A DNA stretch of 64,000 bases from Gammaproteobacteria bacterium. GTDB lineage: Bacteria; Pseudomonadota; Gammaproteobacteria; SZUA-229. Under the pieces are notes generated by a model. It did no database searches, was not told the origin of the DNA, and saw only the letters and a program-made list of their open reading frames with translations. This document shows positions 19,416 through 30,153 of this stretch, piece by piece (position 1 is the stretch's first letter; every line of letters starts with the position of its first letter). The stretch spans positions 21,146 through 85,145 of the forward strand of contig JADGFA010000010.1 of NCBI GenBank assembly GCA_016744065.1. The letters are read 5' to 3'. A program made the translations under genes and the position numbers.

Positions 19416-20714
19416 TCACTCACTTTTTAACTTATCCATCAATAACTCAATTTCATGTACTAGCTCAGGACTATCCCATTCTATTGCTGCGTTAACACCG
19501 TATTTTATCTTGCCATCTATTCCTATTAAAAAAGTAGAGGGATAAGTAATCACATTCCATTTTTTTGCAAAATCACCATTATTATCTAACAGCACGGGAT
19601 ACTCGACATTCACTCGATTCATAAATTCAACAATTTTAGATTTATCTTCTGCGTAATTTATTGAAACCAGCTCAAATGGCAAGCCCTTCATTTTATTTTT
19701 CAAACGATTTAAAGAAGGTATTTCCTCTACACAGGGTGCACACCAGGTCGCCCAAAAATTAACCAGGGTTACCTGATTTTTAAAATTTTGTTTATGGAAA
19801 TCACGGCCAGACACATCAGTTAAATTTATAGAAGCAGGCGTTTTATTACCTTTAAACTCTCTAAGATAAATATCAATACCAGAATCCTTTGCTCTATACT
19901 CCTTTAAAGGTATCGCAGCTTCAGGTAATTTATGCCTGTCTAAAACACCTATCATCTTTATAACATTACCAGGTAAGGACTTAATTAATTTCAACATTAA
20001 ATCGGATGGCTCTTCCTTATGAAACAGGCTCATCACATCCGGCATAGATTTAGTATAAACAGGGTTATTATTTTTTCTCAATAATTCAAGTAACAGGTCG
20101 AACTGTCCTATTGCACCACTTTTTTTTGCCTGATATATCATAAGAGGAATATTAGTAGAAGACACTACAGGCATATATTCAGGCGCCAACCCCAATGAAG
20201 GAATATAGGCGTAAGCATAAGGTGAAAAAAGAATCGCCCCAACCAGGTTCGCTTTAATCTTTATTTTTTCCTGCCATTGATGGGCACCAATCAATGCCGC
20301 TAAAGCGCCATAAGAATCCCCCACAACAACAATCTTTTTACCTGTTTTCCGGTGTGCGTACTCAATTACATCCGCAATATAATGGCCATCCAATAACCTT
20401 AAAGGCCCTGGCCCTCTAAGCATAAACAAAGAAGAAATTATATCTGCCTGCCAGACCTCTACACCCAAATCAGATAATGACTGGGAAAATAAAGAATGAG
20501 ACTTACGAAAACCATACTCTGGTGGCAACCAGACAACTAAATATTCACCTTTGGCTGGGAAAGTTTCAACTGTAATCTCTGAATCATCTGTTGCAACAAT
20601 ACTAATTTCATCAGCATATCCAGATTTACCCAAAAAAAGCAAAAAACTAATGGCAATATAAAAACCTGTTAATACAATTTTACTCATAACACCCCACATC
20701 AAGAGAACAACCAC
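19416..20714 (-). CDS. Exported fusion protein: alpha/beta-hydrolase (GDSYG nucleophile elbow) + C-terminal TlpA/ResA-like thioredoxin-fold (WCAPC) domain
   Basis: 432 aa with signal peptide. Hydrolase motif VVVGDSYGALAA (GxSxG). C-terminal VTLVNFWATWCAPCVEEIPSLNRL is a classic TlpA/redoxin CxxC segment. Confidence 0.65.
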   Translation of the reverse strand: MVVLLMWGVMSKIVLTGFYIAISFLLFLGKSGYADEISIVATDDSEITVETFPAKGEYLVVWLPPEYGFRKSHSLFSQSLSDLGVEVWQADIISSLFMLRGPGPLRLLDGHYIADVIEYAHRKTGKKIVVVGDSYGALAALIGAHQWQEKIKIKANLVGAILFSPYAYAYIPSLGLAPEYMPVVSSTNIPLMIYQAKKSGAIGQFDLLLELLRKNNNPVYTKSMPDVMSLFHKEEPSDLMLKLIKSLPGNVIKMIGVLDRHKLPEAAIPLKEYRAKDSGIDIYLREFKGNKTPASINLTDVSGRDFHKQNFKNQVTLVNFWATWCAPCVEEIPSLNRLKNKMKGLPFELVSINYAEDKSKIVEFMNRVNVEYPVLLDNNGDFAKKWNVITYPSTFLIGIDGKIKYGVNAAIEWDSPELVHEIELLMDKLKSE

Positions 20715-20734
20715 TCTTATAAAAAACCAGCAAG

Positions 20735-21709
20735 TTACTTACGCCAGCTAACATCATATTCATGCACTTCATCTACCACTTTAACTGATACAATATCATT
20801 ACTTACACCCATTTCAAAACGATTCCAATAGGTTGAAGAACGCTGTATTACAATAGCGGCTGATAGCTCACCTTTAATTTCTACATTTTTTTGATACGAT
20901 TTTAATGATTCGCAATAATAGGCATTACAAATATCAGAACGCAACTCCCTGGTTAATGCACACCCAGTTACTGTTTGATTAATACATGAATTTATAACCG
21001 ACTCATGAGGTATTTTATTAATATACATTTCTAATAATTCTTCTGGTAAAACGTCAGGATTTTCATCCATATAACGTCGAACAGAAAAAACAGACAGGTA
21101 AGCATGCTCTTTACCCGATGCACAACAGCCACCTTTACACATACAGCATAATCGATCACTTATTGCCTTCAGTGCAGGCATGGCATCAAACTTTTTTTCA
21201 ATATATAAATGCTTATCATAAGCATGGTAATGTTCATCATGCTCAATCTCAGAAGCATTATTATATGTACAGGCTTCTTCAACAATAAAAACCAGATGCG
21301 TTATATAACGCTCTCTACGCTCATCAGTAATAACTAACTGTGCCGAATCACCTGAAGGTATTGTTAATAAAAACGTATTATTATCTGATAATTTCAGATT
21401 TTCATCAAAAATAGCCTGCTGAATATTAAACGACTCCTGCATTTCTTTATGCTTTATTTCATCAAGGTGTTTTCTTTTTGCAATACTTCTCTCACGCTGC
21501 TTAATTATAAGCTTTCGATTAAAATCAAGATGTGACCTGAACATATAATGATTCATGCTCGACTTTTTTTTCATAACCCGCCGGCAATCAGGTGAACGAC
21601 AAACCGAATAACCAATATCAATATAATTCAATCTGTCAATATGCGGTAATAGTGCATCACAGACTTCACATTTTGATTTATCATTATGGGTGTAAATATC
21701 CAGCGACAT
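20735..21709 (-). CDS. Cysteine-rich hypothetical protein (N-terminal CxxC...CxxxxC zinc-ribbon-like pairs; C-terminal CCMCKGGCC cluster)
   Basis: 324 aa. N-terminal CEVCDALL and CRSPDCRR pairs. C-terminal LCCMCKGGCCASGKEH cluster (reminiscent of the YkgJ-type CxxCxxCC metal-binding motif, but not identical), plus further Cys residues (CINQTVTGCALT..CNAYYCES). No homolog I can name. Confidence 0.4.
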   Translation of the reverse strand: MSLDIYTHNDKSKCEVCDALLPHIDRLNYIDIGYSVCRSPDCRRVMKKKSSMNHYMFRSHLDFNRKLIIKQRERSIAKRKHLDEIKHKEMQESFNIQQAIFDENLKLSDNNTFLLTIPSGDSAQLVITDERRERYITHLVFIVEEACTYNNASEIEHDEHYHAYDKHLYIEKKFDAMPALKAISDRLCCMCKGGCCASGKEHAYLSVFSVRRYMDENPDVLPEELLEMYINKIPHESVINSCINQTVTGCALTRELRSDICNAYYCESLKSYQKNVEIKGELSAAIVIQRSSTYWNRFEMGVSNDIVSVKVVDEVHEYDVSWRK

Positions 21710-21827
21710 AAATATTCCATTTTCTATTTATTAACGACTACTTACCCGACCTTTCTATAAGCATGTATAAAAACATTAAATTTTCATAGACCACTATAAA
21801 TCGAAAATATACTATACATACCTGAGA

Positions 21828-22712
21828 CTAACTTAAAGCCTTTAATGCAGCAATACGTTCCTCTAATGGAGGATGACTCATAAACAGCTTACGTAAACCG
21901 TTTGATACACTGGCATTAATACCAAATGCGGCCAGTTGATCAGGCATATGAGCAGGACGATGTATATTCTGCAATCGCTGCAATGCAGCAATCATTTTTT
22001 CTGTTCCTGCTAAATGAGCAGCACCCGCATCTGCCCGAAACTCACGGCGCCGAGAAAAATACATAACAATAGAACTCGCCAATATACCAAAAAAAATTTG
22101 TGCCACAATACTGGTAATGTAATAAGCGGGCCCATAACCCCTTTGCGTTTTAAACACGACCCTGTCGACCACATGACCAACAACGCGAGAAAAAAAGATA
22201 ACAAATGTATTAACTATACCCTGAACCAAAGCCAGAGTAACCATATCACCATTAGCAATATGACTAATTTCATGGGCAAGTACGGCCTCTACTTCATTTT
22301 GCTGCATATTCGCTAATAAACCTGAACTTACAGCCACCAGAGCCGCATTTTTATTCATGCCTGTAGCAAATGCATTAACATCAGCCGAGTCAAAAATGGC
22401 AACTTCTGGCATTTTGATAGCTGATTGTTGGGCCTGCTTTTCCACAGTCTGCAATAGCCAGCTTTGAGTCCTGTCTCCAGGCCGTGTAATCACCACCGCA
22501 CCCATTAATTTTTTAGCTGACCATCTGGACATTGCTAATGAAATGAATGACCCCGACATACCAATGACGGCAGACATAATTAACAAGGCCTCAAGATTTA
22601 AATCAACCCCATTTTCAGCAAGCGTTGACTCCAGCCCTAAAAGACTAAATACCAGACTAATAATCACCATCACAGCAATATTAGTTAACAAAAACAGACC
22701 AATACGTAACAT
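21828..22712 (-). CDS. htpX: Zinc metalloprotease HtpX (M48 family)
   Basis: 294 aa with N-terminal TM helices. HExxH motif in VLAHEISHIANGDM. Overall HtpX layout. Confidence 0.85.
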   Translation of the reverse strand: MLRIGLFLLTNIAVMVIISLVFSLLGLESTLAENGVDLNLEALLIMSAVIGMSGSFISLAMSRWSAKKLMGAVVITRPGDRTQSWLLQTVEKQAQQSAIKMPEVAIFDSADVNAFATGMNKNAALVAVSSGLLANMQQNEVEAVLAHEISHIANGDMVTLALVQGIVNTFVIFFSRVVGHVVDRVVFKTQRGYGPAYYITSIVAQIFFGILASSIVMYFSRRREFRADAGAAHLAGTEKMIAALQRLQNIHRPAHMPDQLAAFGINASVSNGLRKLFMSHPPLEERIAALKALS

Positions 22713-22987
22713 TTTATTTCAACAACCTCGTTAACTTATTAAAGCTAAAGCATAAAAACCAGAAACCTCAACAGAAAACTGGCATTCATAACTACATATA
22801 TGGGTTATTAAGCAATTTTAAAGGTTTAACCTGTCTCTCATGCACTGTATATTTTAATCGAATTTATATTACAATTTGTTAAATATACAATCTCATCATT
22901 GCTAAAACGAATAACAATCGTAAATAATATTAATGCAAACGCTATTTATTAATACAATATCACTCTCAACAGTTTAAACTACATCAT

Positions 22988-24118
22988 ATGAATACACTTG
23001 AAGTCCCACAGGGCAAATTCACACTAAACCGTTACCCTGCTCGAAATGATGACCCTTTACGCGCATGGGATGCAGCCGATGAATATATTTTACTGCATCT
23101 TCAGGAACAGAAAATACTGAACAAAACCTCAAAAATCCTTATTTTAAATGATGCATTTGGCGCCCTGAGTATTGCTCTGGAAAAATACCAGCCCTGTACT
23201 GTTTCAGATTCTTTCATATCACATCAGGCTATTATTGAAAACTCGAACATTAATAAAATCGCACATCAAAAGATTACATTACAAACACCTTTCCAGCCCT
23301 TAAGTGGCACCTATGATCTGGTTATTATAAAGATACCGAAAAACCTGGCAATGCTTGAAGATGAGCTATATAAAATTCGTGACTATTGCAATGATAACAC
23401 CATCATAATTGCTGCTGCTATGAGTAAATATATACATACATCTAGCGTTAAATTATTTGAGCGCATCCTGGGAACAACGACAACCTCATTGGCAAGAAAA
23501 AAAGCCCGACTTGTATTCAGTAAAATAGACGCAAACCTTAAGCCGGGTACTTCTCCCTACCCAACACAATATACATTAGATATAAATAATGAAGCATACA
23601 GTAATCACGCCAATCTATTTTCCCGTGAAAAATTAGATCTGGGTAGTCGCTTTATGCTAAAACATATTCCACAGTTAGCAAACCACGGCCACATACTTGA
23701 TCTGGCCTGCGGTAATGGTATTTTAGGTATTGTGGCTGCACAGCTTAACCCTCTGGCTGATATCAGCTTTGTAGATGAATCCTATATGGCTGTAGAATCA
23801 GCCAGAATGAACGCTAAAAAACTTCTGAAAGACTCATCACGCTGCAGCTTTAAAGTAACTGACTGTTTACAGGGCATTGAAAATGAATCCATAGATTTAA
23901 TTATTAACAACCCTCCCTTCCACCAAAACCATGTAGTCGGTGACTTTATCGCCTGGCAAATGTTTAAAGATGCAAGAAAAAAACTAAAGAAAGGAGGCAA
24001 ACTAATCATCGTTGGTAATCGCCACCTTGGCTACCATATAAAATTAAAAAAAATATTCGGCAATTGCGAAATGATTGCTAACAACAAAAAATTTGTTATT
24101 CTTAAATCTGTAAATTAA
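22988..24118 (+). CDS. rRNA (guanine-N2)-methyltransferase, RlmG/RsmC family
   Basis: 376 aa. Catalytic NPPFH motif (LIINNPPFHQNH) and SAM motif DLACGNGILG. Two-domain size consistent with RlmG (~378 aa). Confidence 0.6.
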   Translation: MNTLEVPQGKFTLNRYPARNDDPLRAWDAADEYILLHLQEQKILNKTSKILILNDAFGALSIALEKYQPCTVSDSFISHQAIIENSNINKIAHQKITLQTPFQPLSGTYDLVIIKIPKNLAMLEDELYKIRDYCNDNTIIIAAAMSKYIHTSSVKLFERILGTTTTSLARKKARLVFSKIDANLKPGTSPYPTQYTLDINNEAYSNHANLFSREKLDLGSRFMLKHIPQLANHGHILDLACGNGILGIVAAQLNPLADISFVDESYMAVESARMNAKKLLKDSSRCSFKVTDCLQGIENESIDLIINNPPFHQNHVVGDFIAWQMFKDARKKLKKGGKLIIVGNRHLGYHIKLKKIFGNCEMIANNKKFVILKSVN

Positions 24119-24146
24119 ATTACAGAATAACGATAAAAACAGGTCT

Positions 24147-24806
24147 TTAAATATCCCTTTCGAAATGTACTTTTTTCCGCTTATTTTTTTTTGAGACACG
24201 CGGGGCACTAATTTTAGTTAAATATCGCTGATGATCTACATTATGCTCATCCCACATATTGCAGTTTGGTGATACGCAAGGAAGCCCACTTTCCAATCCT
24301 TTTCGTTTCACATGTATCACTTCATAGTAACGCCTGTTTTCACATACCAGTGTTTCAAATATCAATGCAAATTTCTTATCTGCCAGATATTTACGTAATG
24401 CGCTCTGACTAGCACTGGGACAAAAAATATACTCAATCTGCACATCAGGGTGGTTATGCTCGATAGTATTAACTATTTCTACTGTGGTTTCACCGCCAAT
24501 CCCTGCCAGTATCACCAGGTGAGACTGTTTTTTGTCAAAACATAAATCACCCGCATCAGCAGCAATCAATTCATGGTTTTCTATACAAAAAGGAGCAAGC
24601 TTATTCGCCAATTGCTGAATAACATGTGGTAATTGATCTACAAAAATCAGTTTCTCACATAGATTTTCACTCAGTATTTTAATTCCCAGATAACCGTGAT
24701 CGCAACAACAGTCCCATATATATGAACAGGCATTATTCAGTTGTACCTGCATAACAAGTTCAAACAAACAGTTAAGGCGTGGACCAAGATGACGAGACGG
24801 ATTCAT
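24147..24806 (-). CDS. Class I SAM-dependent methyltransferase, TrmK (tRNA m1A22)-like
   Basis: 219 aa. DCCCDHGYLGIKIL resembles the TrmK family D-x-G-x-D-H-x-Y-L motif region. Confidence 0.4.
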   Translation of the reverse strand: MNPSRHLGPRLNCLFELVMQVQLNNACSYIWDCCCDHGYLGIKILSENLCEKLIFVDQLPHVIQQLANKLAPFCIENHELIAADAGDLCFDKKQSHLVILAGIGGETTVEIVNTIEHNHPDVQIEYIFCPSASQSALRKYLADKKFALIFETLVCENRRYYEVIHVKRKGLESGLPCVSPNCNMWDEHNVDHQRYLTKISAPRVSKKNKRKKVHFERDI

Positions 24807-24901
24807 ACTGCAATTATTACATAATTTATTAAACAGAATAAAGACATACTACGACACTTCATTTAACGACAGAGCAGCTTGAAAACAACAACATTTATTA
24901 A

Positions 24902-25774
24902 CTATTTACAGATTGAGTTAATTATTTCATACACCAGTTTTTCTGTTTTTTCCTGCTTATCATTTTCTGGATCAAATTCGGCTATCTCAAGACCAATTAA
25001 TTTATTTCCAAAATTAATATTATTAAATGTAGCCAGTAAATTTTTAGCACTTAGGCCTGTTTCTTCTCTGGTTTCAACACCCGGTGCATCTGCGGGGTCA
25101 ATTGCATCTAAATCAAGACTGATGGCATAATAATCATAGCATCGAGATATTGTATCAATAAGTTGTTGAAGGACTTTTTGAGTGCCTCCATCTTTATCTA
25201 TTCTTGTGGTATCAAAAACATTTACTTTCTTTTTGCTTAATAACACCAGCTCTTCTGCTTCATAACTTCTTACACCAAACAGATACAAGTCACGACCATC
25301 TATATATTGCTGAGATGGAAAACAGGATTGCAACTCATGCCCTGCTTCACCTAATAAAACTGAAACAGGCATTCCATGCAAATTACCTGAAGGCGATGTA
25401 TCAAGCGTATGGGCGTCCATATGAGCATCTACCCAGATCAAGGCAAAAGTGGCGTTCGCTGGCAACTGATTCAATACCCCGGCCCAGGTACCTATTGCAA
25501 CTGAGTGATCACCACCCAGCACTAAAAATAATTTTTCTTTTTCGAACTGTTTCTGTGTAAACTGACTGATAACATGGCTTTGTTTTTTTAAAATATTTAA
25601 TGCATTTTTATTTTTATCTGAAACTTCAAGCAAAGGCTCCCACTTCAGATCAAAACCTGAAAGCATTGAGGAAAATGCTGAGGCCTGTAATACACCAGGA
25701 CCTTTAACACAAGTGCCAGATGGGCCTCCTATGCATGAGGCAACACCTAAAGTCGGGATTAATTTTTTATTCAT
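24902..25774 (-). CDS. Arginase (ureohydrolase family)
   Basis: 290 aa. LVLGGDHSVAIG, WVDAHMDAHT, SPSGNLHGMPVS and SLDLDAIDP match the arginase Mn-binding and substrate signatures. Confidence 0.8.
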   Translation of the reverse strand: MNKKLIPTLGVASCIGGPSGTCVKGPGVLQASAFSSMLSGFDLKWEPLLEVSDKNKNALNILKKQSHVISQFTQKQFEKEKLFLVLGGDHSVAIGTWAGVLNQLPANATFALIWVDAHMDAHTLDTSPSGNLHGMPVSVLLGEAGHELQSCFPSQQYIDGRDLYLFGVRSYEAEELVLLSKKKVNVFDTTRIDKDGGTQKVLQQLIDTISRCYDYYAISLDLDAIDPADAPGVETREETGLSAKNLLATFNNINFGNKLIGLEIAEFDPENDKQEKTEKLVYEIINSICK

Positions 25775-25791
25775 ATTAATTTCTAAAACCC

Positions 25792-27099
25792 CTACTTATT
25801 CCGTTTATTCTGAGAACGTAAATAATCCAGCTTCTCTTTAATTTTAATTTCTAATCCACGTTCTACCGGATGATAGATTTCCTGCTCACCTAACTCATCT
25901 GGAAAATAAGTTTCACCCGCAGAAAAAGCACCTTCTTCATCATGGGAATACCTGTAATCTTTACCATAGCCCATATCTTTCATTAAGCTCGTCGGCGCAT
26001 TTCGAATATGCATAGGCACATCCATTGAACCGCTTTCTCTTGCGAGTTGCATAGCTGATTTATAAGCAGTATAAACAGCATTGGATTTTGCAGCACAAGC
26101 CAGATAACTGACCGCCTGAGCCAGCGCCAGTTCACCTTCAGGGCTACCCAAACGCTCATAGGTATGCCAGGCATTTAATGATATTTCCAGACCGCGGGGA
26201 TCAGCATTGCCTATATCCTCTGACGCCATACGTACAATGCGCCGAGCCAGGTAAACTGGATCACATCCGCCATCAAGCATTCTGCACATCCAGTAAAGCG
26301 CTGCATCCGGGTTACTTCCACGTACCGACTTATGCATAGCTGAAATTTGCTCATAAAATAAATCACCCCCTTTATCAAAACGACGTAATGTCTGTGAAGT
26401 AACTTCATGAACAATACTTTCATTAACCGTTAACTGGCCGTTTTCTTGTGTCGCCAGATCCACTGCTATTTCAAGAAAATTAAGTGCCCGTCGAGCATCT
26501 CCGTCTGCCTGAACAGCAATGATCTGTAATATATCATGCGCAACATTGACATTGTGCTCGCCTAGACCTAGCTCTTTATCTTCAAGTGCACGCTTTAATA
26601 AGCGTGTCATTTCTTCAGGTTTAATTGATTTTAAAATATAGGTTTTACAACGAGACAATAATGCATTATTTAATTCAAATGATGGATTTTCAGTTGTTGC
26701 ACCAATAAAACTTACCGTTCCATCTTCGACAAACGGTAAAAAAGCATCCTGCTGTGATTTATTAAAGCGATGCACTTCATCGACAAATAAAATACTTGGC
26801 TTTTGATAAACATCATAAAACTGATGTGCTTTATCAATTGCAGCGCGTATATCTTTTACACCAGATAACACCGCCGATACAGATAAAAACTGCGCATTAG
26901 AATAATTAGATATTAATCGGGCAAGCGTAGTTTTCCCTGTACCTGGGGGGCCCCAGAAAACCATTGAATGAAGTTTGCCTGTTTCGATGGCAACACGTAG
27001 TGGTTTATCTTTCCCAAGGATATGACTTTGCCCCAGATAATCATCCAGATTATCGGGTCTGATTCTATCAGCTAAAGGGCGAAAATCATGCTCAGACAT
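25792..27099 (-). CDS. rarA: Replication-associated recombination protein A (AAA+ ATPase RarA/MgsA)
   Basis: 435 aa. Walker A GPPGTGKTTLARLI, Walker B ILFVDEVHRFNK. Full-length co-linearity with RarA. Confidence 0.9.
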   Translation of the reverse strand: MSEHDFRPLADRIRPDNLDDYLGQSHILGKDKPLRVAIETGKLHSMVFWGPPGTGKTTLARLISNYSNAQFLSVSAVLSGVKDIRAAIDKAHQFYDVYQKPSILFVDEVHRFNKSQQDAFLPFVEDGTVSFIGATTENPSFELNNALLSRCKTYILKSIKPEEMTRLLKRALEDKELGLGEHNVNVAHDILQIIAVQADGDARRALNFLEIAVDLATQENGQLTVNESIVHEVTSQTLRRFDKGGDLFYEQISAMHKSVRGSNPDAALYWMCRMLDGGCDPVYLARRIVRMASEDIGNADPRGLEISLNAWHTYERLGSPEGELALAQAVSYLACAAKSNAVYTAYKSAMQLARESGSMDVPMHIRNAPTSLMKDMGYGKDYRYSHDEEGAFSAGETYFPDELGEQEIYHPVERGLEIKIKEKLDYLRSQNKRNK

Positions 27100-27105
27100 A
27101 TTTTA

Positions 27106-27729
27106 TTAAAAATCACCGACAACGTCAGTTCCTTCAGGCGCAACAAATTCAAAATAAGAAACTTTAAATTCCGGGTTAACCACCAGTTGCTCAAATTCTA
27201 TTTCTGTTTGCTGCTCAAAATTATCGATAAAGCGCATGGTTTTAATCGCGCCATTCTGTAAACCGATCTGCATTTCCTTGAAATCACTATCTGCATCTTT
27301 AGGAATAAGCTTGATCCAAACCTGATCATGACTTTCAGGCATGACCGCTACAACAAACTCAATATTCAGTTTCTGATTTTTATCCAGCAAATTGACCGGT
27401 GATGATGCCAGTACCTGATCATAAGGACGAACGTTAACCTGCTCCAGTTCTGAGTCGTACATCCAGATTTTTCTACCATTGGATATTATATTCTGTGGAT
27501 AAGGCAATATATAATCCCAACGAAATTTACCTGGGCGCTGCATGCTTAAGCTACCGGCTGATTGCTGTAATAAATAACCGTATTTATCGACTAACTTTTG
27601 CTGAAAACGCGCAGAAAGTGTTTGGGTATTATCGAGAAATGTTTCTAACACTATTTGTGTTGGTGTTTCTTCTGCATTTAGTATAAAACTACTCAATAGC
27701 AAACAAATTGAAAAAAAGTTTTTTAACAT
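27106..27729 (-). CDS. lolA: Outer-membrane lipoprotein carrier protein LolA
   Basis: 207 aa with signal peptide. LSARFQQ and FRWDY motifs typical of LolA. Conserved rarA-lolA-ftsK neighbourhood. Confidence 0.85.
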   Translation of the reverse strand: MLKNFFSICLLLSSFILNAEETPTQIVLETFLDNTQTLSARFQQKLVDKYGYLLQQSAGSLSMQRPGKFRWDYILPYPQNIISNGRKIWMYDSELEQVNVRPYDQVLASSPVNLLDKNQKLNIEFVVAVMPESHDQVWIKLIPKDADSDFKEMQIGLQNGAIKTMRFIDNFEQQTEIEFEQLVVNPEFKVSYFEFVAPEGTDVVGDF

Positions 27730-27813
27730 TCTTTTATAAACCTATATTAATTTTTTACAGGCATTTTCGAACTACACCCACAAGCCTGTTATGATTTTGA
27801 TTAGAATTTGAGT

Positions 27814-30153
27814 TTAAAGTTCCGGTGGTGGTGGCGCTAAAACCTGGCGCTGACCATTTGATTGCATTGCACTCACAACGCCGGATACTTCCATTTGTTC
27901 TACCATTCGAGCAGCCCGGTTATAACCTATTTTTAATCGACGTTGCACATATGAAATTGACGCTTTACCTGATTCAGTAACGATCTGAACGGCTTCATCG
28001 TATAACACATCACTTTCTGCATCTGATTCAGTTTGTGAAGGCCCTTCACCAGGCAGCCTGATAACATCACTGTTATCTTCAATTAAATTAGCTATATAAT
28101 TAGGTTTGGCCTGTTTTCGAACATGTTTGCACACCGCATGCACTTCATGATCATCAACAAAAGCACCGTGAACACGCTCAGGAATGCTGCTACCCGCATT
28201 CATAAATAACATATCGCCATGGCCAAGTAGCTGCTCTGCACCCATTTGATCGAGTATGGTTCTTGAGTCAACTTTTGATGAAACCTGAAATGCAATTCGA
28301 CTGGGAATATTTGATTTAATTAAGCCAGTGATAACATCCACTGAAGGCCGCTGGGTTGCCAGAATTAAATGTATGCCTGATGCTCTTGCTTTTTGTGCCA
28401 AACGGGCGATTAACTGCTCTATTGTCTTACCCACAACCATTATCAGATCAGCAAATTCATCGACAACAACAACGATAAAGGGTAACACTTTTAAATCCTG
28501 CGCAACCTCATCACCACCCAGTAGTTCATCTTTAACAAACAGGGGGTCTTTAAGTGGTTCCCCTGCCTCTATTGCATCTGTTACCTTACGATTATAACCG
28601 GTAATATTTCTAACACCCAGAGCCGCCATTAATTTATAACGACTCTCCATTTCACCCACTGCCCAACGTAACGCATTTGCTGCTTCACTCATATCAGTGA
28701 CAACGGGTGTTAATAAATGGGGAATATCATCGTATACATTCAGTTCTAACATTTTGGGATCAATTAGAATCAAGCGCACTTCTTCAGGTGTGCTTTTAAA
28801 TAAAAGACTGATCAGCATAGTATTAATACCAACTGACTTACCTGAGCCCGTAGTACCCGCCACAAGTAAGTGGGGCATTTTACCCAGGTCGGCAACCGTA
28901 GGCTGCCCCGAAATGTCTTTACCCAATGCTACAGTTAGAGGTGAATTAGCCTTATCGTACGCCTTGGACATTAAAATTTCACTTAATGAAACAATTTCCT
29001 TATGTTCATTTGGTATTTCTAAACCAACATACGTTTTACCAGGAATAACTTCGACAACACGAACCGACTGCACCGATAATGAACGGGCCAGATCTTTGGA
29101 AAGTGCGGTAATTTTACTGGCCTTAATACCAGGAGCCAGCTGCATTTCAAAACGGGTAATAACCGGGCCAGGATGAACGGCTGCTACTTCAACTTCAATA
29201 TTAAAATCTTTAAGCTTAATTTCAACCAGTCGGGATAATGCTTCTAATGACTCCTTTGACAAACCCTTACCCGATCGTATAGCTTCATCAAGTAAACGTA
29301 ATGGAGGAAGCTCTGTATCAGCACCGGATGTGCCCTCAAATAAAGAGATCTGACTTTCCCTTGAATGCCTTTCACTCACTTCAACTTTATTAATAACAGG
29401 CTCTATACGTACAGGTTTCTTACGAGCTTCCTTCTTTATCGTATCCGCCTTAACAGCTTTTTCTCGCGTTTCACGCGCTATTTCACCTTCTTTCTTCTCT
29501 TCCCGCTTTTCTATATATGCCAGTATTTTTGACTGGAACCATTCAAAACTTCGCAATAAGGCATCGCCCATTATGTCCATCAAGCTGATCCATGATAAAC
29601 CGGTAAAAACCGTAATTCCGGCTAAAAAAACGGCCAGTAAAATCAATGTTGAACCTAACACGCCCAGTGCAGCGGCCATGCCATCACCTATCCAGCGACC
29701 CAGAATACCGCCACCATCCAGCGGCAGGGTATCCAGTGGTATAACAAAGTGCAGACTGGTTAATGCACAACCTGTAGCCAGGGTCATGAAAAAACCAAGC
29801 CAGCGGATACCTAACACATGATAATTAATTTCTCCCTCTTTCGTGCGCTCTCGTAATACCAACCAGCCACTATAGGCGATCATCACCGGAAATAGAAAAC
29901 TCAGATAACCAAACAGAAAATACAGCACATCAGAAAACCAGGCACCCACAACACCCGCCATATTATTAATACTGGTTGACGGACCGGAATAAGACCAACC
30001 AGGGTCCTGAATACTATGGGTTACCAAAGCAGTTAATATGAATAATGAGATTGCCAGCAGTATAAATAAAGCCGCTTCACGTAAACCACGATTGATATGG
30101 ATAGTGAGGCCTGATTGCTGTTTTTCATTTTTTTTGCGGCGCGCCTGTGCCAA
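27814..30153 (-). CDS. ftsK: DNA translocase FtsK
   Basis: 779 aa. N-terminal TM region, Pro/charged linker, motor domain with Walker A GTTGSGKS, and C-terminal gamma winged-helix (VQRRLKIGYNRAARMVEQME). Confidence 0.95.
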   Translation of the reverse strand: MAQARRKKNEKQQSGLTIHINRGLREAALFILLAISLFILTALVTHSIQDPGWSYSGPSTSINNMAGVVGAWFSDVLYFLFGYLSFLFPVMIAYSGWLVLRERTKEGEINYHVLGIRWLGFFMTLATGCALTSLHFVIPLDTLPLDGGGILGRWIGDGMAAALGVLGSTLILLAVFLAGITVFTGLSWISLMDIMGDALLRSFEWFQSKILAYIEKREEKKEGEIARETREKAVKADTIKKEARKKPVRIEPVINKVEVSERHSRESQISLFEGTSGADTELPPLRLLDEAIRSGKGLSKESLEALSRLVEIKLKDFNIEVEVAAVHPGPVITRFEMQLAPGIKASKITALSKDLARSLSVQSVRVVEVIPGKTYVGLEIPNEHKEIVSLSEILMSKAYDKANSPLTVALGKDISGQPTVADLGKMPHLLVAGTTGSGKSVGINTMLISLLFKSTPEEVRLILIDPKMLELNVYDDIPHLLTPVVTDMSEAANALRWAVGEMESRYKLMAALGVRNITGYNRKVTDAIEAGEPLKDPLFVKDELLGGDEVAQDLKVLPFIVVVVDEFADLIMVVGKTIEQLIARLAQKARASGIHLILATQRPSVDVITGLIKSNIPSRIAFQVSSKVDSRTILDQMGAEQLLGHGDMLFMNAGSSIPERVHGAFVDDHEVHAVCKHVRKQAKPNYIANLIEDNSDVIRLPGEGPSQTESDAESDVLYDEAVQIVTESGKASISYVQRRLKIGYNRAARMVEQMEVSGVVSAMQSNGQRQVLAPPPPEL

